Both the position numbers and the translations under genes were made by a program. 64,000 bases of DNA from Phallusia mammillata. Its lineage: Eukaryota. The DNA is taken from positions 22,692,001-22,756,000 of the forward strand of contig OZ281495.1 of assembly GCA_965637545.1 (NCBI GenBank), written 5' to 3'. The first letter of the stretch is position 1; each line of letters opens with the position of its first letter. Shown here piece after piece: positions 40,194 through 53,729 of this stretch. Below the pieces are notes generated by a model. That model was given only the letters and a program-made list of their open reading frames with translations. It searched no databases and was not told the origin of the DNA.

Positions 40194-41345
40194 GTCTAAA
40201 ACATTCATTCACAACATTTGGTTCCAAATTAGCTAAATTACATGTAGAATGAAAGCAACGTTTTAAATCCGCCTATATAACTCTTTTAAAATAGTGTTTA
40301 TTTGCAATGTCCAAAATTAGTAAAATTTGCAACGTTGAGTTTTGTGTAGAATTGTGTTGTTGTAGAGCTTAATCCAATCTTACAATGTTTATCTTGGTGA
40401 TAAAATACTGATTCACAAATCACTGCATAAAGTTACAATATTTGTATATTGTACGTGACTTAATATTTACTGAAAGAGCTGAGATAAACGCCAAAGTTAA
40501 TACTAGGCTGCTTTTTTTGTGAGAATAAATCACTGCGCAGTAAACACCCAGCTTTATCGCTTTTGGTAAACACGGTGCTCTAGCACCACAAGTGTCCTAA
40601 AATACCAAGTTAGGTTTCTGATGAAGCTCTAGGCAGGATTTTTTAACGCAGATGCTTCAAACTGCCAAAAATGTTTTTTAAACAATTTATGTTTGTCTTA
40701 GCGTTTAGTTTACCCACACTCTATGGCGAAACAGCAATACTCTGATGTCCAAAGCACCCTAAGTGTCATGAAGTTTGAAAACTTATTACGACATAAAAAT
40801 TTTGTTCCTTTACTTTTTTGTAGTATAGATGAGTGTGGTGTCATTGTTTTTGTATGTTATACTTTAAATTGATCACGGTGAGCTTAATTTTACTCATACT
40901 TGAGTTTAATTTATATTTTACATAGAGGATACTTAGCATTAAAAAAAGGTATACAGTTGTAAACCCCCGAAATCCGCCACTGGTAATCCCATATAAAACA
41001 CAACAAAGGCAATGGTCGCGACTGACTCTTACACAGACATAAAAAAACTGGGAGCGTCCTATAGGTACGAACCCCGTGAAAAAATACCACAACCTTTTTT
41101 CATGTTAACCACATGTTCACAACAGGTGGTTGGGGCATGTGCTTCGTGATAATATGTAAGGGTTTAAAACAAGAAACATAGAAACCCTACCTCAGAATAC
41201 ACTCATTCAAGCGTAGGCGACTCTGGTGTTGATTGTGCGTTGCTGTTGGACAATACACTGAACACACAATTACCTCAGCGAAGATATTGTGATAACTAGG
41301 TCGTCAAAAATGCTTGTCAGGAAAGGACTTCTCATGTGTATAGGG

Positions 41346-42291
41346 CAGTGCTCTTCAACCTTTTTCCCCGTTGTATACCTTTTGCAATTTTTGAGCAACT
41401 TTGTATACCCTACACATAGCAATTTATTAATGTGCACAGAAAGTAACAGTCTACCAACAGGTACTTGCCTGGTCGCGTGAATTATTGTTATACAAGGCCA
41501 GGAGTACACAACCTGTGGCCGTGAACATGTAAACCGAAATATTTGGTTTTGCAAAACTTGTTTGAGGGGCTGGGAAAAATATTAACAGCCCAGAAGCCGC
41601 ATGTTTGAGACTTTTTGTAAGCCTATTATGGGTAAACAATGCGAAAACAGGCATCATTAGCGTCACGATTTAGATGGTGACGTTATAAACAGTAGAGTCT
41701 GATCCCAGACTGTTCTACGTAAGCTAGAAATTAAATTGGCTATCAGGCACTGTTAATAAAGATTCACGATGCGGCCGTCACAGCGGAAAGGTTGTGCACC
41801 TCCTGTGCTACGTCCAGGAAATTTAGCATACAAAAGTGTGTAAACGTAAGAAGTTGATTTAATGGCTGGCTTGTTGCTGCATTCTTTCAGCGATTTGGAC
41901 ATGTGGTGTGGTGTTGACTGATTCTCATGTGGTGTGGTGTTGACGTGTTCTCAAATTTTTGTATTCGCAATCCTTTACTCCAGGAATATTAAAAGTAAAA
42001 TTTCAGAAAGTACATTATTCAACCTTAACAGATACTCCAGGTATGTGTTTATTTGCTTCATAATTCACATTATTGACGCAACAATCCCAACCTGACGCAA
42101 TAATAATTACAACAAGCAGGTCAGTCTCACATAGGTCAATATGCTATGTCTTCCTGCATTTCATAAAAATAGTTACGTTTAGTAACACTGACCTCAGGTG
42201 TATTCCCTTCGTATACCTTTCTTCAGTCGTATACCCTAGTTTTAATGTGGTATACACTTGGGTATACAGTATACCCGGTTGAAGAGCACTG
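41346..42291 (+). mobile_element. 946-bp hAT-type non-autonomous element with a nested MITE (~41499-41805)
   Basis: TIRs CAGTGCTCTTCAACC / GGTTGAAGAGCACTG and TSD GTATAGGG. Internal CAGGAGTACACAACC ... GGTTGTGCACCTCCTG. Confidence 0.85.
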
Positions 42292-43075
42292 GTATAGGGT
42301 ATCCGTGATATCATATCCATGCTATATGTTACACAAACACTTTCAAGTGAAAGGAATACAGGAATACATAAGGCTTTTGTCCTTGGTCGTTTGGACGGAT
42401 TTCAGTGCTGGGCGACAAATTTGTTTGGTCAGAATTTAAGTATTTTACCAAGACTGGTATTAATAATCAAACTTAACTAAAACGATTCGGGCCGAAACCG
42501 ATTTTGTAATAAAACTAAAATGCCTGACATAATACATGTTTTGAAAAGAATCGTGTGTTGACAAGCTAGCGAACCAGTTTATCATACTTTTTATACTTCA
42601 TAAACTTGCATCGTATTTTGCAATGACAATAAAAACAACTGTAGTTAATATGGTATGCTTTATGACTATGTGGACGTATTATCAATGTTACACCTCATTT
42701 GCCAGTAATTCCTGATTTATATTAATTCCCGCATTTTTCACTACAACTTGTGCTGCAATCAATTGCTTTGTATGACGTAACAATTAAATGCCAGTTTTGT
42801 GTGATAACACGATGTAGTTTAGTTCTTTTATTTTTAGACATCGATGAAGTACGGTTCTGCGTCAGTTGTATTGAAAAGGCATGTTTTGTCGTGTAGACGA
42901 TTGTTATTGGTGAGTCTCTTTGTATTTGTGACTAATTGTAAATTACCTAATTGGTGAATTTAACTGCGATGACCTAATATGTACAGTTGGGTTGAGCCAA
43001 GATTTTTAATTGCATTTGTTCACCCAGTGTTCTTGTGCGATAACCTCACGTAAAGGGTGAATTCTTCTCCTACAC

Positions 43076-43380
43076 CAGTGGTTCCCAACCAGGGAGGAAT
43101 TTGGTAATTTGTAGGGGGGTATTTGTGTCACAATATTAATCTCTTACTGATTGCCTGTGCTATGTGTTGTGTTATTGCAGCATTTGTCATATATGAGATG
43201 AGAAAAAGAAAGTTCTCGTATAATCGATTTAAGCTTATAATCGAGAGTTTAATTTCTGTTATAAGAATCACATTAAAATGTTAATGTGAACCATATTTTA
43301 GCAAACTAAATTTGTAGGGGAGAATTAGATTTGAATGACGACTGAAATGGTGCACAGGACAAAAAAAGTGGGAACCACTG
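43076..43380 (+). mobile_element. hAT-type MITE
   Basis: TIRs CAGTGGTTCCCA / TGGGAACCACTG; TSD decayed. Confidence 0.7.
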
Positions 43381-43962
43381 ATCTATACTGTCGCTCAACA
43401 TAGCTTTGTTAAGGAACTTATGTGACACTATAAAAGCGCATTGTAGTCTTATATTTCAAAACAAACCATCGTTGCCAAACTAAATCTGGTCCCGCAACTT
43501 TTAGCGTAACTCTCCAGCAAGAAACTATAGCATCATTGTTTTATACCTTTATATCTGATGCGTCTTTTACTTTCCTTGACACAAAATTATAAAACTCCAA
43601 GGTTTCAGGAAAACCGTTTTGTGTGTAATTTCACACAGTGCTGCAAAATAAACACGCGGAACACCAAAACATATCATGAGACACAAAATACATAGTTGTC
43701 GCACTTTTAAGGGGGCAAAACATGCGGTACTACTTGCTTTCATTCAGAAAATGGCAATTTTGAACGTTACTGAACAAACGAAAAAAATTGCGACTAGTCA
43801 TTTCAATGAAACCATAAAAGGTGTTTTGTACAAAAAATTGCGTACAAAAATCATCTGTAATGTATACGAGCAAAAATACGAAATTTGGAAAACGCTGAAA
43901 AAGGAAATGCAGTTGTACACGATAAAGTCCATGATCACTACCACTGTCTTTTTTACGTATTC

Positions 43963-44679
43963 CTAGTTAAGAAATTTACGTAGAAATTCCCGGGTTGGGT
44001 CGCTTGATCGTGTGTCAAAACACTGGTTTTGTTCAGAGTACCGTTCTCTGACTGGAATTATATCTCTCCAAGTCGGTGAAGATGAAGAACTATTAGCTCG
44101 AGTCAGAAGCTCAATTCTCTGGCTTCTTTCTGGCACACAATCTACAGGCTCTCTGTACTCCAAATAACTTGCTACGTCTTCAAAAACCAGTACTGCTCTC
44201 ATAAAAAACCACCCACCGAATTGTGGATGAATGCAGACGCCATAAATATTCTCTTCCTCTTCCCAAGGATCGTTTTCCACATCATCACGCTGATAGTAAT
44301 ATGTTGCACCAGCAACATGTGCGGCACGTTGTACAAGAACCTTATATTGTTTGTTGTCATCCTTCTCATCAGCATAGATGATGTGCACATTGTTCATTCC
44401 AAGCCTTTCGACTGCGGTGGTCACATGAAATTCAGTGCAAGAGTCGATAGGTTTCCTGATGATTTCATCGTTATCAATATTTTCACGCAGGTACGGCAAA
44501 AAGCAATTTTCGAAAAACGAAGGAATTGACAGAATAAGTGCACATGTTGTATCATCCCTGTAAGGTAACTTGAACTGTTCATCAACAAGTTCGTTGTACC
44601 AACCAACTTGAAACAAATAAGTTTCTAATCCACGTGGTTCCAAATATTCTTTCAGATTTGATAGTATTTCATCAGACAT
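43963..44679 (-). CDS. MMACHC: MMACHC/CblC-like cobalamin-processing protein, copy 1 (238 aa, intronless)
   Basis: Motifs FQVGWYNEL, PIDSC, AAHVAGATYYYQR, DPW, GVCIHPQFGGWFFMRAV, PVDCVP and RERYSE match the CblC family. Confidence 0.88.
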   Translation of the reverse strand: MSDEILSNLKEYLEPRGLETYLFQVGWYNELVDEQFKLPYRDDTTCALILSIPSFFENCFLPYLRENIDNDEIIRKPIDSCTEFHVTTAVERLGMNNVHIIYADEKDDNKQYKVLVQRAAHVAGATYYYQRDDVENDPWEEEENIYGVCIHPQFGGWFFMRAVLVFEDVASYLEYREPVDCVPERSQRIELLTRANSSSSSPTWRDIIPVRERYSEQNQCFDTRSSDPTREFLRKFLN

Positions 44680-45564
44680 GACTGTATAATTTTTAAATTT
44701 CTATCACTCCTTCAATGAATCTGATTTAATGCTATCTAGAACAACGATCAGCAACAGCAACGGATCAGCAACGATCAACGAAGTTACAAGATATAATCTA
44801 TGAAGTGGTAAAAAACGGCTGGTGCACACTCTTTATTTGCTTTTCCTCATGTGAACTGACCTTACCGTTTTCATAAGTCGAAACGTTATATAGCGCTAGT
44901 AGTGTCAAATTTTAAAAATGTAGTTGTGCCATTCACGTACAAGCTGTGTATGGTATGTGAAATTTGAGACAGTATACACATGATAATCAGGAATTCAGGT
45001 GCACTTTAAATGACAATACAACACCATTCTAAAAACACATATTTTTAAACGTCTTATATTTCACATTGTGCATCGTTTCAGGTGGTTAAACGTCATATCG
45101 GATGATTCCTGTACGAGTTAGGTTTAGGCTACTAATCATACATTGCCTTATTACAAACACACGCTTTTATGTGGAAGACTTGAGTGCGATTTCGGCGAAG
45201 AAAAACAGTGACCTGACTCTTGAATGAGATACCAAGCATGTGAAGCTTTATTTAATCACCTAAAATATATGGTTGGCATGAAATGAAAACGCCGGAATGT
45301 TTTTTTTTCAAAAAAACTGACCAATGGCGGCTAAGCCACAGCGTCACTGCGACACCGAGCTACAAAAGTAACTATGATGATGCGGGTGTTATGATAACGC
45401 ATTCCTTTGTAAAACAATCTTTTGTTTGAAATTCACTAATAAGCATCTGGAGTTTCGTAAAAGTCAACCACATGTTCACAATAGGTTGTTGTGGCATGTA
45501 CTTTGTGATAATGTAAAAGGTTTTTCATCAAGTAACAAAAAAACCTTGCTTCAGGCTACACTCA

Positions 45565-46246
45565 GGCTGCGTTCACACTCGGGCACCGCGGTAGGTTTTC
45601 GCTACTAGGAATGAAACTTTCTGGTAGTGTGAACGAAACGTCACCTACCGAAACCTGGCACGAAAAGAGGTGGTTTCGCGCCTAAACGTGGTCGTGAAAC
45701 CCGTGTCTGAACGACGCAAGGTTTGAAAACCGTGTCTCAACGAAGCAAGGCGCGAAACCGAATACAGCGGTTTGTACGTTGGTTTATAATAAGTTCTGTC
45801 TAATTTTGTTAACTGAGTGTTTCTTTGCGTGCCGAAAATGGGTGAACGAGGTATACTATGGTCTAAAAAGAAGTCACAAAATTAATTCAACTTTGGAGTG
45901 CAGAGGAAGTTCACCTCATGATTTTAACGGCAAAGAGCCATAAGGAAGTTTTCAGAAAATTGCATTGGGCTACCCAGCAGCTAGGGTACACTTTCTTCAA
46001 ATAAAATCAAATAAAACTGGCGATAGTAGTGAGTTTTTTCAACAACATCAGGTTCGAAACCACACTTTTCTCTCGTCGCGAAACCTGTCTTCAGACGTCA
46101 AAACCTGTCGTCCACACCAGCCAAAAACGCGATGCCTCGTCGCGAAAACCGTCTAGTGTGAACGACGTTTTTTGCTCAGTGTGAACGCGCGGAGTATGAA
46201 CACCTGGTACGAAACCACGTGGCGGTGCCTATGTGTGAACGCAGCC
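45565..46246 (+). mobile_element. PIF/Harbinger-like non-autonomous element with a decayed Myb/SANT-like fragment
   Basis: TIRs GGCTGCGTTCACAC / GTGTGAACGCAGCC flanked by TCA/TTA, with sub-terminal GTGTGAACG/CGAAACC repeats. The internal segment 45859-45990 reads WSKxEVTKLIQLWSAEEV...HKEVFRK with a frameshift. Confidence 0.7.
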
Positions 46247-47337
46247 TTAGTTCAGGCGTAGGTGAAGCTGGTGTTATTGTCTGTTGCTGTTGGACAATAC
46301 ATAAAAACACGAACCCCTGCTGGAATAAGCTATTACGTTTATCACAACACATACTTTACAGGAAAGGACTTCTCGCGATGATGCGATGGATTTCTGTGCT
46401 TGCCAACAAACTTGTTTTTTTTCATTTTTTGTCACGATTCGTATCAATAAAAAAAATTGTGTAAAATGTGCTGACGGTTTCATCATATAACAACAATATT
46501 ATCAACCTAAAAACCCATAGCTTTTTAAGCTAGCTACGTCCCTAACCCTACCCCAAAATCACTGTTTATGAAAATAAATGCGCTCTTTACGCCACTTATC
46601 GGTATATAGCTATATTTTCTACTGTGAGTTCTTGTGTTATAGTAGACATACCATCAGTATAACGCCGGGCATTAAGGACGCCAGAACTGGGCACGTATAG
46701 GCGGGAGGGTTACCACCTTTCGCTTGCACGGGTACGCCAAAAGTATTACAGAATATCAGATGCTCATTAACAATAACATACTCTCACTCTGCTCAGTAAC
46801 AAATATTTTCTTTAATTATTTCCTTTAGTCAATGCGCCTCAAGCTTGTATTGACACGGGACTTTCGGAACCTTCATAAAACCAAACAAAAATAGGCTACA
46901 TAAAGCAATGAAAAACAGTCAATGTTCACGATCTTTTGTATACACTTCGCCAATACACTTCGCCAATAGACGGAGTGCCACAAACGAATACACAATAGGT
47001 GCTGGGGTCATGTTTTGATAATACAAAAGTCTGCTGTTGAACAAGTAACAAAAACCTCTTGTGAGAAAAACGGGCGTAGGTGACGCAGCTATTGATTGTC
47101 GCCTGTTGGACAATGTGTTGAAAATGCCTAGAACCTAAGTCCTAAGAAACGGAGCAAACGTAATACATAAATCAAATTAGACAAAAATTTAACAATTCCA
47201 GCTGACTAAAAACATTTGCATTCGCAACGACTTTTTTGACACACACTTTATGAGAACATACCGAACAAAGAAGTCACATGGGTCGATATCTGAGTGAACT
47301 TAGACAAATGCAAAATTTTGCTTGAATATCTTTACAG

Positions 47338-48147
47338 CAGGGGTTCCCAACCGGTGGTACGCGTACCACTAGTGGTACGCGAAGGGTTTTCAAGTGGTAC
47401 GCGAGTAGCTTCTGTTTTGTTCACAAAAACCTCAATTTGCAACTTTATATTTTGTTTGTCTGGTTTTGTTTACAAAAAAACAGTCCCAGGCCTATTGTCA
47501 TTGTAACGTAACTATTCCTGTTTTTTCGTATCATTACGATCTTCAAAATACAGGTCATGTCAATTCTTAACAAAAAGCATAGTTGCTATGAAAAGCCGAA
47601 CAACGCTGCGACACAGTGGGCGTTAATTATGTCAAATGATTGCCCTTGATAGATATATCTACTGTTTTGGTGCTTAAGATAGCGTTGAATAAAATATGAT
47701 TCAAACAAAATAGTTGTTCTGCAAGAAGTGGTACCATAGAGCAGGGCTACTCGAACTTTCTTGCTCTGCGACCCCATTTTAGAACAGAAATTTCTACGCG
47801 ACCCCTTGATGGGTATAGCCCAGGGGTGCACAACCTTTTCGCTATGACGGCCGCATCACAGATCTTTATTTCACCACCACAAGGTTGTGCACTCCTGAGC
47901 CTCTACACGGGAATTATGTGTAAACAAAACATGTATGCACGTATACCATTTATTATGATTGACATAATAACGCAAAATGTTTCGCGACCCCAAAATTATA
48001 TTCCGCGACCCCAATTGGGGTCGCGACCCACAGTTTGAGAAGCCCTGCCATAGAGCACTGTAGAGCACATTAGTGCTCTATGGTGGTACGCGTGGCAGTG
48101 CAGAGCGTCCAGGTGGTACGGGATCGTGAAAAGGTTGGGAACCCTTA
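47338..48147 (+). mobile_element. Three-level nest of hAT-type MITEs
   Basis: Outer element 47338-~48147 (TSD CTTTACAG); middle 47742-48047 (CAGGGCTACTC/GAGAAGCCCTG, TSD CCATAGAG); inner 47821-47897 (CAGGGGTGCACAACC/GGTTGTGCACTCCTG, TSD not intact). Confidence 0.8.
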
Positions 48148-51142
48148 CTTTACAGCATTTTGCAAACAAGATGGTCAACCCCCGCCATGCAAGCACCGGC
48201 ACCTGACATATGTAGTCGAAAGGGGTAGAGCTACTAACACAAGAACTCAATCACAGGTTTGCTAATTTCCGGTAAGGCTACTGATTTCACCCTGAAGCGC
48301 ATTGCCACGTTGCATAGAGTGGTTGCTAATACTCTTCTTACGCAATTTGCTTTTTAGAGTGTTGAGAAACTTAGGCAATTACGTCACAATTGATCATGGT
48401 CACAAACATAACCCGATAATGTTAGAAAACGTTAACTATTGTACCAAGAAGCAACTGTTTGCAACAATAGTAGTCAAATTATAGACTGGTTTTGTTGAAA
48501 CTTTCAGTGCGTTTATGTTGAATGTGGAGCAGGGATCTGACTCTTGAAATGGATACCCCTAAGAAACTTTATCAGGATTAAAAACACCGGAGTGTTGTGT
48601 TTCCTTTGGATTGACTAATGCAGATAAGCAACAGGGTGACGGGCATCATGAAACTACGACAACGCAGGTGGTAGTGATTTAACAAACCAACCATGCCTCT
48701 GCAAAAGAATCTTTTGTTGAAAATTCAGCAATAAGCCCTTTCTTCTGGGTGCCAAACTGTCAACCACACATTTACAATAGGTTCTTGGTCGTGTATTTCG
48801 TGACAATAAAAAGGCGTTTTGAACAAGTAAAAGTAGAGCCTTGCGTCAGGATACACTCAATACAATTCATTCGCAGGTGACTCTGTGTTGATTGTCTGTT
48901 TCTGTTCACAATACACAAAGCCTAAGCCCCTACGAGAATTTAGTTTATCGTGATGACTTGGTCGTCAAAAATACTCCAGAGAAAGCAATTTAGTTTTTAC
49001 CGTAACACCATTCTCCATCAAGATACTAACATCATTAAATACCTTTCCCGAGTCTTCTACTCCCCATAACACAAAGTTCTAAAACTTAAGAGTTTAAATA
49101 AATCATACACATATACTTCACACAGTGCTACAAAACGTGCTAAATACTAAAACACAGCTTTTATGTAAAAATACAAAAATTTAATGGTATATTCATGCAC
49201 TTGTAATAAGGGCCCAAAACATGTTCAATCAGACAAGTAACAGGTTCATTACTCTACTACTTCCTTTTATTAATGGTAATTTTAATATACCGAGCGAACA
49301 TTTTTGGTGTACAAATCTTAAAGCAAAGATCTATTGTCCGTGTGTGTTATGATGTCACAATGGAGGTAACAATTACAAAAACGTGCTTGTTTCTCGTCCA
49401 AAGATGCAATAAACACTTTACACTCGTATGCAAGATTTTAAAAACGGTTTGGAAAATTAACAATATTTAAATTTTGGTTTATGGTACTAAAAACATTTAC
49501 CTTCACGGACCACCTAAAACCAACTCACGGACCCCTGAGGGATCCGCGAACCCCAGGTTGGGAACCACTGCTCTAAAGTAAAACATCCTTCCGTTTTAAA
49601 ACTATTTGGCCAAAAGTTCGTGTGGGCGTGACTCCAAATTTTAACCACGGTAACAACTAACAAAATTGTAAGATATTTTTTAGATTTAGAGTTTTTATCG
49701 AACTTAGCTCGATGATGATGTAACCCAAATTAAAGCATTTTTATTTACACAACTCGTAGCGAAGTAACAAGGGGAATAAAAACACGAGCCCCTGCGGGAA
49801 TAGACTTTTACTTGTTTGTCACACATTCTTTCCAGGAAACGACTTCTCACGATGATTCGATGCATTTCTGTGCTAGCCAACAAATTTGTTTTCTCAATTT
49901 TTACCACGATTTGTATCAATAAGTGATGAAGCGAAACTAACTATGAAACGATTCGGTTCGAAACCGAATTGAGGATGAACCTAAAAACAGTTAACGGATT
50001 TACTAAATACCGATAGGTAGCGCAAGAATCAATCGCAAAATATTAAATGCAATTTGAGTAAAAATTGCTGACGGTGGTTGGGACTATTGGGGTTGGGCTG
50101 AGGTTTTATATTATAACAACAATAATATCATCCTAAAAACCTATAGTCACTTAAGTTAATTAAGTCTTCCAACCCTATCCCAAAATCACTATCCATAAAA
50201 TTAACTGCGCTCTTTACGCCACCTATCAGTGTTTAGCTATATTTTCTTCTTGTGTTAGTAGACATGCCATCTGTATAACGCCGGGCTTTTAAGGCCGCCA
50301 GAAATCGGCACGTATAAGCGTTGGGGGGGGGTCATCACTCATCACCTTGTGTTTTCACGGGTACGCCAAAAATATTACAGACCATCGAATGATTATTAAC
50401 AATAACATACCCTTACTCTGCTCAGTAATAAATATTTCCTTTTACATTTATTTCCTTTGGTCAATACGCTTCAAACTTTTAATTACACGGGACTTCCGGA
50501 ACCTTCATAAAACCAACTTTAAAAACATAGCATAACACAAATATGCTACATAAAAATATGGAAAACAGTTAATGTTCGCGATCCTATACACTTCACCAAG
50601 GGGCGTAGCGTTTTCACGGGTACGCTAAATAGTGGTACCCGAAATTAAGTACCGGGTGTTCATTAAAAACAAAACGCTCGTACTCTGCTCAGTAATAAAC
50701 ATTTCCTTATACATTTGTCTCTCTAGGCTAGAGATTTTTTTTGAGAGATGTGACTTATTTTTTTGAGATATTTGTCCAATTGTACGATACCCCCTTACAA
50801 TAAAAACTTTAGCAACACTTTTCAGTCATGTGAACAGTTTACATAAGAGAAAAAGCAAGCAGGGTTTATGACTCGTCCCCGGCACACAATTGTGATGAAC
50901 AACAATTCACTGAAGCGCATTGCTACGTTGCATAGAGTGGTTGTTAATACTCTTCTCACGCAATTTAATTCGCTTTTTAGAGCGTCGCGAAACTTGGGTA
51001 ATTGCGTCACAATTGATCATGGTGACATGACTCTATGCCATAGAGTCTATGGGCTATGCCCTATAGTGTTAGAAAAAGGACCTGACTTTTGAAATGGATA
51101 TCCCGAAGAAACTTTATCAGGATTAAAAACGCCGGAGTGTTG

Positions 51143-51989
51143 TGTTACCGAATTGTTTTGACAGCCCGGAATTGGGTCTAGCGATTTCGGGTGGCGGTAT
51201 TATCTTTGCCAAATAAGTCCCAAAAGCCCTGCCAATCTGGTCTATTCCCCGAGACTGTCTCCCCAATTCTGTAAACGGTCCAGAACCCTGCAGTAACGGC
51301 TCACCACGGAAGCCGGATCTACCTAACACTGGTTTGGCTAAAAGGGCGTCTCACAGTTTATTATATTATATATTATTGCAATACTCCAGCGGCGTTACTA
51401 AAACTCCAGCACGCAAAACCTCTGCACGTAAAACCAACAACGACACATAAACATAAAAGCAAGGCACTACAACAACCGTTCACGAGACGCCCAAGAGAAG
51501 ACTGCCTCGTTCTTGTCCAACACGTGCAAAACGGCTCTAGATTTGCGGGCCGTTGGCCAATCACCGGCTCGCGCAATATCACAAGGTTTCCCGGCACATC
51601 CGGGAACGCTAATTAACGATGCGGAAAATGCGGCGAGGAAAATACAGTGCGTGGAAACAGCGTGCCACTAGGACAAAGAAAAATAAGACAAATGAAAAAC
51701 AGCATTAAGTGGAAATAAGGAATTAAGTGAAAACTAAGAAAATATGTAGGTGACTTTACAATAGAACATGTAAGAAATACATTTAAATATGAACATAAGT
51801 GAAACATATAAAACAAATAAGTGAAACGTGAACATAAGTAAAACGAATATACATAAGTGAAACGAATATACATAAGTGAACACGAATAACATAAACCCAA
51901 TTAACATAAACAGATGAAAGAAACGTGTTGCTTAAAACAAATCCACCAGAAAATGTGCAGCGGCGGACACGTGAAATATTTTTGCCACA
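51143..51989 (-). repeat. 3' LTR (847 bp)
   Basis: Direct repeat of 54687-55532, adjacent to the polypurine tract GGGATGGGGGGAA (minus strand). Contains internal AACATAAGTGAAAC tandem repeats. Confidence 0.95.
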
Positions 51990-52025
51990 TTCCCCCCATC
52001 CCAGAATTGTCCTACTCCTGTTGGA

Positions 52026-53680
52026 CTACTCGGATTCCGGATAAAACCTTGTTTGTTTTCGCGTGCGTGTTGGCCTAACATCGTCTCTGTTCTCTTCTAC
52101 CACCGCGGGTGATTCTTCCGGCCCATTGCGAGCATGGCTTTCGGGCGATCCTGCCCCGTTACCAATGGCCTCCGGCATGTTATCCAACGCCCCGTTGGCA
52201 CGTGACGATATTTTGGGTGTACCTGGACAATAGACGTGGTAATACTTGTTCGGTACAGGGCTCGCCTTTTCCTGTTCGTCTTCCTCGCTGCTGCTGCATT
52301 GATGAAACCTGTCCGTCGTTGCCTTCATTCGGTTGTAATGTACTGTTTGCCGATTCCCATCTCTATCTTCAATCACGTAATTTACCGGACCCTGGGTTTC
52401 TACTACGCGATACGGTCCCTTGTATGGGGGTTGCAACTTCTTACATTTGCTCTGTGGGATTGCTGGATTTGTAAGTAAAATATACTTTCCCACCTCATGC
52501 GGCCGGCCGTACTGTCGTTTGTTGTATCTTTCTGCCATTCTTTGTCGCTGCACCGAAAGGGTCTCTCGGACAACTTCCTCAGCAAGCAATAGGCAATTCT
52601 TCACCCGGTCAACTTCTACTTCGTAGGAGCACCGATCATCGGCTTGGTCTGGCCCAGACAGATCAGCGGGAAGGCGAAGAGGGCGTCCGGTAAGCAGGGT
52701 ATGTGGTGCAAAGCCGGTGCTTTCATGTGCGCTTGCGTTGTAAGCAGCAACGACCGCGGGGAGTGCCTCATCCCACCGACGATTGTCCTCGCTTGAGCCA
52801 GTCAATCACCTCCACCAAATCATGGTCTGTTGCCTGCTTCTCTTGCAGTTCGTCGCAGCTGTACCCGATTGACGCACGGAAATCGACGACGTTGACCTCT
52901 TCGGTTGTGTTATCCGAAGCACTTTGGACCAGCGAGTATGGAAAACCCTCTTCCTCGACGTTTAGTCGCGACAAAGCGTCCGCATTGCGGTGCTTATCAC
53001 CTGGTCGTCAGTCTCTTGTGAGAGCACACATCCCACAGCTGTATCCGAGGCGTCAGTGTCAATGATGAAAGGTTTGCTGAAGTCAGGATACCGCAAGATT
53101 GGAGAAGTTGTCAGATGCTCCTTTAGAAGTGAAAAAGCCTGCTGGCACTTCTCGTCCCATCCGAAACGCTTTCCCTTTTCCGTCAGACGGTGGAGTGGGG
53201 TAGCGATCAAAACGATTGGGCTACTCCAGGGAGATTTCGAAGGCCGTATCAAACCTTGGCTCTTAATTTCCCTCAGTATCTCGTCGACTTTTTCTTTGTT
53301 GTGGTGGGGCACCCTTCGAGGAGGTTGCCGAACAGGTTGGTGGTTTCCAGTGTCAATGTGATGACGCAAGACTTCCGTTCGACCGAGAGTTTCTTTCGAA
53401 GCCGCAAACGCATCACTGTGTTCTCGTAACAGCTGGTCCAGATCGGCCCGTTGTTTATCTCGGTAAAAGGGGGAACTTCGACATCCTCTATAAGACAAAC
53501 ATCAGCAGCGCTCAGGGATGGCATGGGTGAACTTAGCAAAGGCACCTTTCCTTCGCCGGCGGACAAGGTATTGGAATGATAGCATATCCTGCAGTGGTGA
53601 CGTTGTAGGAAGTCCAGACCTAATATGACGTCGTGCTTTAGATCCTTTACGACGTAAACATCTGTTTCAGTAAACTCACG
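52026..53680 (-). pseudogene. pol: Gypsy pol remnant with four internal deletions and frameshifts
   Basis: PR C-terminus DVILGLDFL only; RT SPWSSPIVL joined directly to IATPLHRLT; RNase H DTDASDTAVGCVLSQ joined to PGDKHRNADALSR; IN retains only WDEALPAVVAAYN...STGFAP and GPY. Confidence 0.9.
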
Positions 53681-53729
53681 AATCGCGCGGGAGCAGGGGC
53701 AGAAGACGAACGGGAGTTGACAGGCTTGT

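Noticed and set aside
43676-43966. 96-aa plus-strand ORF converging on MMACHC copy 1
   Set aside because: AT-rich with no domain; the paralogous region near 56250-56410 is disrupted.
51123-51900. ORFs duplicated at 54568-55416
   Set aside because: They are chance frames in the two LTRs.
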